DNA from: an uncultured virus (IMG/VR IMGVR_UViG_3300033075_000390)
Lineage: Duplodnaviria > Heunggongvirae > Uroviricota > Caudoviricetes
DNA length: 64,000 nt
IMG/VR virus record: IMGVR_UViG_3300033075_000390
Strand: one strand, 5' to 3'
Shown here: one piece after another, positions 42,005 to 50,724 of the stretch
Layout: every line of letters begins with the position of its first letter
Numbering within the stretch: position 1 is the stretch's first letter
Position numbers and translations under genes: made by a program
The notes under the pieces: generated by a model
What the model was told of the DNA's origin: nothing
The model's input: the letters and a program-made list of their open reading frames with translations, nothing else
Databases searched by the model: none

Positions 42005-43288
42005 TTGGCACAAAATATTGAAATATGTTCATTCCTTATGGGGAGTAGTAAGACAAACAAAATTATCCAATGGATGAAAAACCAACCATCAGAGAAGTTT
42101 ATTTATGTCATTCCTAATCTAAGTGAATTAGAAGATAGTGATGACAACCCTTCTAGGATTCTTAGTATTGGTTTCATTACTCCTGAATTGAGTACAGAAC
42201 ACAAGACTAAATCTGAAGCTCTACTTTATCTACTTAAACAAGGTGCTAATATTGCTTGCACACAAAGTCTATATAAGATGTTATCTAAAGTTCACTTAGA
42301 CATCATAAAGAGTTCTCAGTACAATATTATATTAGATGAAGAATTGTCTTTGATTGATGTGTATGAACAAGCTAGTACATCTGACTTAGTATCATTACTA
42401 AACGATGGTAAAGTTAAGATTAATGAAGAAGATGGTATGGTTGTATGGTGTGCTAATGATGCTATCACTAGACCTTATCAAGATAACAAACATAAACATC
42501 ATCTATTCTATAAACATATTGTGTCTGAGTATATTTATGCAGGTAGGTGTGTCATTGAAGATGGTATCTATCAAAAGGTTATTATGGTTAGTCAAATAAC
42601 TAAAGAATTGGTTGCTTGTGCTAAACGGCTTGTAGTAATCACATACCTGTTTAAAGGGAGTACCTTAGACGCTTTTCTCAAGATCAAGGGTTTTAATATA
42701 ATTAAGTTTGAGGATATTGGTATTGTAGAACCTGCACTAGAGGAAGTTGTTAGTAGGATTAATCTATTACCTTACGAAACTAAGTTTACTAAATTAAAAC
42801 TAAACAGTACGTGGTGGAAGAATGCAAGTAAAGAGGATGTCGCATCAATAGGTAGGTATATTCGCAGGATTGCAGATACTTACGGTGGTGATAGGGATTT
42901 AGTAATGTGGACTTGTCCATCAGGAAGGGTTAAAACTGAAGCTAAAGCTGGGACAGTAAACTTCGTAGCACCAAAAGGATACTTGATTGATTCTAAGGGT
43001 AATAAAATTTGGTTGGGCTGTTCTGTACGTGCTACGAATAAATACGCACATAAAAAACTTACTATTCACTGTTTTAACAGGTATCCTCATACTGTCATTG
43101 ATTCTTACTTAAAAGATCATGGTGCTAAGATAGATGAAGATGTATATGCTATTTCTGAGTTACTACAGTGGTTATTTAGATCAAATTGCAGATTACCTGA
43201 TGGTTCTGTTACATTAGCTATCGCTAGTAAGAGAATGTATGATCTATATGTTGATTGGACAAAAGGAAGGTTTAAAGATGAATTTTAA
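42005..43288 (+). CDS. SF2 (DEAD/DEAH-like) helicase-fold protein, paralog 2
   Basis: Degenerate Walker A MGSSKT, IILDEELS, ITYLF, RATN, LQWLFRS; TTG start. Confidence 0.7.
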   Translation: MAQNIEICSFLMGSSKTNKIIQWMKNQPSEKFIYVIPNLSELEDSDDNPSRILSIGFITPELSTEHKTKSEALLYLLKQGANIACTQSLYKMLSKVHLDIIKSSQYNIILDEELSLIDVYEQASTSDLVSLLNDGKVKINEEDGMVVWCANDAITRPYQDNKHKHHLFYKHIVSEYIYAGRCVIEDGIYQKVIMVSQITKELVACAKRLVVITYLFKGSTLDAFLKIKGFNIIKFEDIGIVEPALEEVVSRINLLPYETKFTKLKLNSTWWKNASKEDVASIGRYIRRIADTYGGDRDLVMWTCPSGRVKTEAKAGTVNFVAPKGYLIDSKGNKIWLGCSVRATNKYAHKKLTIHCFNRYPHTVIDSYLKDHGAKIDEDVYAISELLQWLFRSNCRLPDGSVTLAIASKRMYDLYVDWTKGRFKDEF

Positions 43289-43531
43289 TATATCGGATAA
43301 ACAGGTTAAGCACTTGTTAAATGGGACAGAAGTTGTTGTGTTCTCAGGTAAGTTTGTGTTTAACACTATAGTAGAGTGGCATCTAGCAGACCACTTAGAG
43401 GACGCACCACCTTTCTTAGAGGTTCTGTTTGTAGATAGATGCACAGAGGAAGCTATCTTGTGTGTTAGTAACTTAGATCAAGTTGTTTATGACTTAGAGG
43501 GTGTTTTAATTGTATTTGATAAAGGAGAACA

Positions 43532-44122
43532 ATGATGAGTAAAGATTTATATGAAGTGTACGTTGCCTATGACAAACAAGGTAATCCGTTATACGTTGGT
43601 CAAGGTACTAAGGGTAGACACAAGCATTGTACGAGCGGTAAATCACACAATAAACTTTTAAATAAGTTTTACTTTACGCAAGGAGAAAATGAGTTGGTTG
43701 TTAAGGTTATTTATAACAACCTCACTAAAGAGGATTCATTGCGAATTGAGAAAGAGATGATACGAGATTTGAACCCTGAGTTTAATCTGACAAATAAAAT
43801 TCTCAACATTAAAGCAAGAGATTTTAAGACAGATTATGTAACACTTGATATGTTACGAGAATACAAAACACAGTATGTAGGTTACTTTAAAAGTATCTCT
43901 CATCTAAGTGAATACGCTATTGAACAAAAAGTCTTAGAGGATGCTAATATTGCAGAAGATATGTTTAATCGTGGTCATTCGAAGAACCTTGTTAGAATGT
44001 GTGGTGAGGAGTGCTTCTATAATACACCTTTCTTTGTGAAATACAAAGGTTGTTGGGTTGTTAATAAAGCAGCTCGTGATTTGTTTGATTCAACAGCAAA
44101 GAATATTTCCATGTTGTTTTAA
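43532..44122 (+). CDS. GIY-YIG-like endonuclease
   Basis: YEVY......PLYVGQG...R..H...E.EMI..L.PEFN. Confidence 0.7.
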   Translation: MMSKDLYEVYVAYDKQGNPLYVGQGTKGRHKHCTSGKSHNKLLNKFYFTQGENELVVKVIYNNLTKEDSLRIEKEMIRDLNPEFNLTNKILNIKARDFKTDYVTLDMLREYKTQYVGYFKSISHLSEYAIEQKVLEDANIAEDMFNRGHSKNLVRMCGEECFYNTPFFVKYKGCWVVNKAARDLFDSTAKNISMLF

Positions 44123-44527
44123 AGAACACATCAAGAAATGGTGTACGTGGTTATTTAATTATTGGTAAAATTTAAAAGGAAAAGACAATGAGTAACAAGT
44201 TACAAGAGTTTTATAACGCAAGCTACCCTATTCTGAGAAAGGTTGACAACTCAATTAATATTGAAATCGTTAACTCCCTTAGAGCAAATAGTTTGTATAT
44301 TGCAACAACATATTATTCAGAGTATTATGAAGATAACGGTGAGTATATTAAAACTATTGACTGCACTTTCTTTGCTTCATCTGTAAGAAGTTTGAGAAAG
44401 CAATTGAAAGACTTTTATTTGAATTATGATGAATTTTGAATAAACAAGACAAAGTGTATTGCATTTAATATTTAGGTGTAATATATTATGTGTAATACAC
44501 TACGTTTATCAGGTAACAGGAGGTGTT

Positions 44528-45007
44528 ATGGCTGTTGTGAAAAAGTATTTAGGTGGAAGCCAAACAGGTTGGTTGGAGCGTTTCATATTTAATTTTGATA
44601 CAGGTGATGTTTACAGAAACAACGGCACACTTGTAGGGAGATACGATAAGACTAGAGGTTATTACAGATTTGGATACAAATTAAACGGTAATAATTATGA
44701 AACAGCATTGCACAGGCTAGTGTTCTTTGCATATCATGGTTGGATTGATGATTCCTTAGTTATTGATCATATAGATGGTTGCAGTTCAAACAATTCTATT
44801 TCAAATTTAAGGCTGGTTACAGTAAAAGAGAATGCTGCAAATTCAAAATATTCAAGAGGTGGTCTTGTTGGTGCTAGAAAATATAAAGACAAGTGGGAAG
44901 CAGTTGTTGTTAAGAATGCTAAACTATTACACTATGAGATATTTGATACAGAACAAGAAGCTCACGAAAGCTACTTAAACTTTAAAAAACAGCAGAAGTC
45001 TAGTTAA
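44528..45007 (+). mobile_element. HNH endonuclease with AP2-like tail, flanked by direct repeats
   Basis: HRLVF...IDHIDG...NN.ISNLR....EN; F.TE.EA; ATG after GGAGG. Confidence 0.88.
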
Positions 45008-45051
45008 TATCTAGGTGTAATACGCTATATCTATCAACAGAGGAGATAAAT

Positions 45052-45807
45052 ATGAAAGATGTGATTACAGAAAACTACCAACTAATGTTCGGTGATTGTT
45101 TAGAGAGAATGAAAGAGATTCCTGATGGGAGTGTAGATATGGTTCTAACAGACCCACCTTACGGTACTACAGCCTGTAAGTGGGATTCTGTAATTCCGTT
45201 TGATGCAATGTGGGCTGAGTTGAAACGAATTATCAAACCTAATGGAGCTATTGTTCTATTTGGTAGTGAACCTTTTAGTAGTGCCTTACGAATGAGTGAT
45301 ATAAAAAAATGGAGATACGATTGGATTTGGGAAAAGAATAAGCCTACAAATTTTGGAAATGCTAACAAGATGCCATTAAAATCTTATGAAATAATAAGTG
45401 TTTTTTACAACTCTCTTCCAACATATAACCCGCAAGGACTTATTGACATACCTGAAAAAATAGTTAAAAGAAACAAAAATGAAGAACCAGAAGCGTATGG
45501 AAATACTGGTTTAATTGGTGAGTTCAAAAGAAATAAAACTAATTTTCCAAGACAGAACTTAAAATTCGGAATGGAGGGAAAAAACGTCCACCCCACCCAA
45601 AAACCAGTAGCGTTACTTGAATACTTAATTAAAACTTATACAAATGAAGGTGACTCTGTGTTAGATTTTACTTTCGGAAGTTGTAGTACAGGAGTAGCAG
45701 CTTTAAATACAAATCGTAAATTTCTCGGTGTAGAAATGGAAGAAAAGTATTTTGATATTGGTGTTAATAGAATGCAAGAATCTACTATTAAAGGAGATTT
45801 AAAATGA
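45052..45807 (+). CDS. DNA methyltransferase (N6/N4, beta class)
   Basis: GDCLE, LTDPPYG, W.W.K, HPTQKP, LDFTFGS.STG. Confidence 0.92.
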   Translation: MKDVITENYQLMFGDCLERMKEIPDGSVDMVLTDPPYGTTACKWDSVIPFDAMWAELKRIIKPNGAIVLFGSEPFSSALRMSDIKKWRYDWIWEKNKPTNFGNANKMPLKSYEIISVFYNSLPTYNPQGLIDIPEKIVKRNKNEEPEAYGNTGLIGEFKRNKTNFPRQNLKFGMEGKNVHPTQKPVALLEYLIKTYTNEGDSVLDFTFGSCSTGVAALNTNRKFLGVEMEEKYFDIGVNRMQESTIKGDLK

Positions 45808-46140
45808 TTAAGGTTGAACCTCAAGAGTACGAAACGTATTATCAGTGGGTTGTAAACACTCAAACTAGGTGGTGCCACTTTTTAGTTCAAAGGTATTTCT
45901 ATGATGTTGGTGTTGTCTTAGAGGAACTTGATTTTGAAGATGATCGTGTTCTTGAACAGTATGTTTTAGAGGGTTTTAATCCTAAATCCTTACCGTTTTT
46001 CAACCAAGAGAAAGATCAAATTATTGTGATTACTTTAAAGGAGCATTCTAAAACTCAAGGTCATAAAAAACCCAACAGTGATTAGCTGTCGGGTGAGGTA
46101 GTTAGTCGTACAACATAGTTGTTAGTCTTACGACTATTAA

Positions 46141-46172
46141 GGAGAGGGTGTAGAAATACACTTCTCTCTTTT
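46141..46172. terminator. terminator at the convergence of the replication and late arms
   Basis: GAGAGGGTGTA-GAAA-TACACTTCTCTC followed by T tract. Confidence 0.75.
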
Positions 46173-46217
46173 ATTTATTATTCTTATTATAAATCATCAG
46201 CGAAACTGGTATAGTTT

Positions 46218-46469
46218 CTAACGAAACTGATTATAAAAAGCTTTAGCAAAATCAATAAAACTGAGAATAGTTTTAATCCACTTTTCCCAATTCTCACCAA
46301 TCTCAAATAAGAAGCTTTTAATAAAAGCAACTACCCAAGCTTTCTTATCTTGTCCTGATTGTTTCTCTTGTTCAGCAGCATCCATAGCATTTAGAACAGT
46401 TTGATAAACCTCTTGTCCTAACTCGACACCTTGAATTAATACATTTGCTGTTTGTGCAATAGTTGTCAT
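46218..46469 (-). CDS. small lysis-region protein
   Basis: Last gene of the late arm; G..KK..V motif and amphipathic helices. Confidence 0.6.
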   Translation of the reverse strand: MTTIAQTANVLIQGVELGQEVYQTVLNAMDAAEQEKQSGQDKKAWVVAFIKSFLFEIGENWEKWIKTILSFIDFAKAFYNQFR

Positions 46470-46553
46470 TTTATTTTCCTTATCTGCGATATTTATGTTG
46501 TTATTTATTTGTAATATATGTTATATTTGGTTTTTAATGTTATGGAGTTTATA

Positions 46554-47162
46554 ATGTCACGAAGAAAACTTGCATATGGTGTTGGTATTAACGATTGGTA
46601 CACCAATATTAGCAACGGTAGTAGTAAACATATTCCAGAATACAAAATGTGGCTAAGGATGTTGGAAAGGTCTTTAAGTGAAAAATGGAAAGCAGACCAC
46701 CCAACATACAAAGACGTGTCCGTAGACCCTTCATGGTACAGCATGACTGCATTCATCAAAGATGTTTCAACTCTTGTAGGTTATGATCAAGCAATTACTA
46801 ACGGTTGGCATTTAGATAAGGATTTATTAGTTAAAGGTAATAAACTTTATTCAAAAGATACTTGTTGTTTCTTACCTATCGAAATCAACTCTTTGATGGT
46901 AATGCACAGGTCTAGTAGAGGTGCTTACCCTAGCGGTGTCTGTCGTCGTAAAAGACAACCTAAACGTCCATATTGTGCTGTAATCCGCACAAGTGGTATA
47001 ATTAAGACGTTAGGTAATTATGCAACACCAGAAGAAGCTTTCTTAGCTTACAAAGAAGCTAAAGAAGCTTACATCAAAGAAGTAGCTAACAAATGGAAAG
47101 ATAATATTGACCCACGAGCTTATGATGCTTTAATGAATTGGAGTGTTGATATTACAGATTAG
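46554..47162 (+). mobile_element. free-standing HNH-like/AP2 endonuclease, family copy 6 (inverted inside lysis cassette)
   Basis: YGVG.ND, W..MLER, WHLDKDLL.KGN.LYS..TCCF.P.EIN, ends DITD; stop fused to GAGGG..CCCTC terminator. Confidence 0.8.
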
Positions 47163-47182
47163 AGGGCTTCGTTCCCTCTTTT

Positions 47183-47737
47183 CTATTTTTGTGTTTTTAC
47201 ATAATCAAGAACAACCTGAGCTACCGCTTTACCGACTAACCACATCTTATCCTTAAAGACTTGTAATCGTTCTTTATTGCTCAAAAACTCAATTTCAACT
47301 AGGATTCCGCCATTAGATACCCAAGCTAAACGAGAGTGTTGTCCTGAACCCTCTGACTTCCACCCTTTATCACCACGAAGCTTACTTCCCATAACATCAG
47401 CAATCGCTAAGGCGATTTGTTGAGAAACTACTTTATCCTTTTCTTGACTCAGAACCTCTACGCCTTGAGCTGTTTTATTCTCAGAGGCGTTCATGTGAAA
47501 TTCTAGACTTATGGTACTACCCTTAATTAACTTCACAGCCTCTTTTAATGGAAGATTTTGTTTGTTGTAGCCATCAACCTTCAAGTGAATATCTTTATCT
47601 TGCTGTACATAGTAAGCAACAATATTGCGGAATTGTGTAACTAGCTCTGCTTCTGTTGTACCATCTTCTGCAACAGCACCACAATCTGTTGTGGAGTGTC
47701 CCGCACTAAGACTAACATATATTTGTTTATTTGTCAT
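47183..47737 (-). CDS. endolysin, N-acetylmuramoyl-L-alanine amidase (Amidase_3)
   Basis: SAGH...D.GA....E, EFHMNAS...GVE, ILVEI.FLSN; follows holin. Confidence 0.9.
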   Translation of the reverse strand: MTNKQIYVSLSAGHSTTDCGAVAEDGTTEAELVTQFRNIVAYYVQQDKDIHLKVDGYNKQNLPLKEAVKLIKGSTISLEFHMNASENKTAQGVEVLSQEKDKVVSQQIALAIADVMGSKLRGDKGWKSEGSGQHSRLAWVSNGGILVEIEFLSNKERLQVFKDKMWLVGKAVAQVVLDYVKTQK

Positions 47738-47764
47738 TTCATTTCCTCTAAATTAATCTTTTTA

Positions 47765-48055
47765 TTAATCATCAAGACCTAATTTCTTACTAATCCATTG
47801 ACTAATAACATTAGTACCTTTAAAACCTAAGAATCCACCAATCAACACACCTAACTCAGCAGGGAGGTTTAACCAAGTTAATGCGAAGTAAATCCCATAC
47901 GAGAAAAGTGAGCACATTAGAGATTCTAGCCAATCAACCTTACCGTTAGCTTTAGCTGTACGGAATACTGCCATTAGGAAAGCAGTTAGGACTGTTGCGG
48001 GTAGAAACCAATATTCAACAATAACTTTCCAAAAGTCATTTAAGTTCTCTTGCAT
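47765..48055 (-). CDS. holin
   Basis: Three TM segments, GG.LGF.G motif, directly upstream of the endolysin. Confidence 0.8.
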   Translation of the reverse strand: MQENLNDFWKVIVEYWFLPATVLTAFLMAVFRTAKANGKVDWLESLMCSLFSYGIYFALTWLNLPAELGVLIGGFLGFKGTNVISQWISKKLGLDD

Positions 48056-48058
48056 ACC

Positions 48059-48469
48059 TCACTCCGAAATAATAAAATAGGATGCAAGAGGTTTCTCCCA
48101 CATATTATCGACTTGTTCATCTGTTAAACCTAAAGCAATACGAGCTTGATTAATAAAAGGATCAGTACGACTAAAGAATGTTGCACGAGTATAAGCAATC
48201 TTTAACTTAATATCTGATTGAATTAACTCTTGGACTTGATCATACAACCCTGCATCTACTAATTTAATATCAAATTCAATAGGAGTTAAGGTTGGCATAC
48301 GTTCACGATTTAATTGTGCTTTTTCCTCATCGCTAAGGTATTTCTCAGGGTTTACGTGACGATCAACCTCATCATCTGTCATTGGAATCATATCTTCTGT
48401 AACATATTCATCTTGACTACCATCATCTTCAAAAGCATAAACATTGTTATCTAATTTATAGTATTTCAT
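48059..48469 (-). CDS. tail fibre assembly-like protein
   Basis: Follows fibre gene; VYAFE.DGSQD and A..F.R..P.......LGLT.EQVD motifs. Confidence 0.6.
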   Translation of the reverse strand: MKYYKLDNNVYAFEDDGSQDEYVTEDMIPMTDDEVDRHVNPEKYLSDEEKAQLNRERMPTLTPIEFDIKLVDAGLYDQVQELIQSDIKLKIAYTRATFFSRTDPFINQARIALGLTDEQVDNMWEKPLASYFIISE

Positions 48470-49032
48470 TATCTAAGCTCCGCCCATGCAAATACAACAC
48501 CATCAAAACGATAAGATACTGTGTGTGGAACAATTATTTGAGGCATTGAATCCCCATGTACAGGTAATGTGACACCGCCAACTATTAGTGGGGCACTTTG
48601 TGTTCCTGTCATAATGTATATTTGAATAGGCTTACCTGTAGTGTTTGTATAAGTTACACCTGACGCACGACTAGAGGTCAAGTCCTGCCAAGTTTGACCA
48701 ACACCAAAAGATGAGGTTATGGTAGTATTTAACGAATCTTTCAGCACCTTACCTTGAGCAGCAGTAAGGGCTTGGTTTGTATTTGTAGATGTTAAAGTGT
48801 TATTGAACAAACCATCTGCATTAATTGTACCAGCAGATGTCCCATCTTTTTTAATTAAGCTAATTGTTCCATCAGCGTTAGCCTTTGATGCTACAGGGTG
48901 TCCACCAACAGTAACTCCATCGTGAACAACAGGAACGTCTTTAGTTGTATCTACAGTAACTTCACCAACCGCACCCGTAAACGTATTGTGCTCTGTTGTT
49001 GTTCCCTGTCTTAATTGTATTTGTATTGCCAT
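48469..49032 (-). CDS. short tail fibre / receptor-binding protein
   Basis: IQLR.GT......TGA.GE...DT (Mtd-N-like), ALTAAQGK.L, GVGQTWQD.T..R..GVTYTNTTGKPI. Confidence 0.7.
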   Translation of the reverse strand: MAIQIQLRQGTTTEHNTFTGAVGEVTVDTTKDVPVVHDGVTVGGHPVASKANADGTISLIKKDGTSAGTINADGLFNNTLTSTNTNQALTAAQGKVLKDSLNTTITSSFGVGQTWQDLTSSRASGVTYTNTTGKPIQIYIMTGTQSAPLIVGGVTLPVHGDSMPQIIVPHTVSYRFDGVVFAWAELR

Positions 49033-49057
49033 ATCTTAATTATGCAAAGCATCCTCA

Positions 49058-49675
49058 TTAGTAAGTTAAATTGGTGTCAGTAATACTTCCACCTATAATG
49101 TTTGTTATAACTGCTGTATCTGTTATCGAACCAAAACTACGATTACCTGCACTTGTTTGGTATGTGTGCCATATTGCTTGATAGAGAGAATTGACATGAT
49201 CTACAGCAGTATCACAGAAGATTTCTGCTGAGTTGTTGAAGTCGTCTACGCTTTGTGCTCTGTGCATTGGTGCTGATGTTCCACTAACCATAGGTTTATC
49301 TAAATCATAAGAACCTAGACCTACCTCCGCAACAACACTGTCATACCAAACACCTGCACTATTAACAGTAGTAGAATACGCTTCTAAAACTAACCATAAG
49401 TCATCTAAGTCCCCTACGAACTTTGTTCCATCACCAGCATACCCAATATCTGTTAAAAAGGTTTGAGATATTGCAGGGAAGTTCCTAACACCGTTAACTT
49501 TACCAAAGTTCCATTTATTAGGGATGTTAGCATTGATGTAAGTAGCTAGGAGATTCACCTCTGTTCTAAAAGCAGGTAATTTTCCTAAAAACAGTTGTGA
49601 ATCTGTTATGAAAGATGCAGGTTTACTTAACCTAGAAGGTGCTGTTGGTAATGTAATTACTGTTGGTGCTGTCAT
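49058..49675 (-). CDS. tail tip protein with internal repeat
   Basis: Between putative tail-tip gene and fibre; LP.APSR..P..F motif repeated as APMHRAQS..DF. Confidence 0.55.
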   Translation of the reverse strand: MTAPTVITLPTAPSRLSKPASFITDSQLFLGKLPAFRTEVNLLATYINANIPNKWNFGKVNGVRNFPAISQTFLTDIGYAGDGTKFVGDLDDLWLVLEAYSTTVNSAGVWYDSVVAEVGLGSYDLDKPMVSGTSAPMHRAQSVDDFNNSAEIFCDTAVDHVNSLYQAIWHTYQTSAGNRSFGSITDTAVITNIIGGSITDTNLTY

Positions 49676-49724
49676 TGTGTAAGAACCTCATTATTAAACA
49701 CTTTAATCGTATTAAATGCTTTAA

Positions 49725-50621
49725 TCATATTAACCCCTCTACACGTAATGTACATTTACTCACTGTTGGGAATGAGATAGTAGCTTTGAAATCACTATAG
49801 AATCCATAAACAATTAATTCTTCCATTTCAGGATTACCAATAAATACACAAGGTACAGAATCAATATCTGCAAACAGTCTTTGAACATTTGCTAGGTTTA
49901 CATTATCAATATCTACATCGTAATCAGCATACTTAGAGTTCTTACGTTTAATTACTGTAACCTTACCAAATTCATCCACCTCTTTACGAGAGTAGGATTT
50001 AATACCAATTGCTGTACCGTAGTTTGTTCTACCTACAACATATTGCATACCGTACACGACTTCACCAACCTCTACTAAACCTGAACCTGCACTAACATAA
50101 ACTGTTATCGTTGCTGTAGGTTTGTTAGGTAAATCTAAGAATATTGCTGTATCTAAATCACCTAAGTTGATTAGTGGAGCAAAGAAGTAAGAGTAGTAGT
50201 CAATTACATTACTAGATGACCTTAGTTCTTTTGTTCTGTCATAAACAACACCCTCAATAGAGTCATTCATTACAACCCGAACAGTGGAAGCATTTACGTT
50301 TAGTAAAGCAATACCGTTTACAATTTGGTTTGGTGTAAGGGTAAACTCAATACCTCCTGTTCGACTACTAACACTTGAAAGTGTATTGTCAAACATTCGA
50401 TAACGGTTAGTATAACCATCATCTAACCAATTAACTTGATCTAAATCAGGAGGTGTTGTCCCTATCCCTGTTACAATCCGTTGATAAATTTTATGTTGAT
50501 ATATAACTTTGTCCAGAGCAGTATAACTTGTACCAGAAACCCAAGCAGGGTATTCGTCCTCTGGGATGTTACTAGAAGTTAGAATAGTGTCCGTAGTCAC
50601 TACACTTTTAATAACTCTCAT
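49725..50621 (-). CDS. tail tip / distal tail-like protein
   Basis: Directly downstream of tape measure; W..GT.Y...D.V (CBM-like), TNR..MFD, SYSRKE.D.FG. Confidence 0.6.
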   Translation of the reverse strand: MRVIKSVVTTDTILTSSNIPEDEYPAWVSGTSYTALDKVIYQHKIYQRIVTGIGTTPPDLDQVNWLDDGYTNRYRMFDNTLSSVSSRTGGIEFTLTPNQIVNGIALLNVNASTVRVVMNDSIEGVVYDRTKELRSSSNVIDYYSYFFAPLINLGDLDTAIFLDLPNKPTATITVYVSAGSGLVEVGEVVYGMQYVVGRTNYGTAIGIKSYSRKEVDEFGKVTVIKRKNSKYADYDVDIDNVNLANVQRLFADIDSVPCVFIGNPEMEELIVYGFYSDFKATISFPTVSKCTLRVEGLI

Positions 50622-50724
50622 TTAATTTCCTCAAATATTAAAATGCTCTGTTTAAAATAATCTGTTTTATTTAGGATGCAAGGAGAGCCGAAGCCCTCCC
50701 TCCACATCTAAGGTGCTCACTACA

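Noticed and set aside
48469..49032. Mtd-like N-terminus suggesting a diversity-generating retroelement
   Set aside because: No reverse transcriptase and no template/variable repeat pair seen in the window
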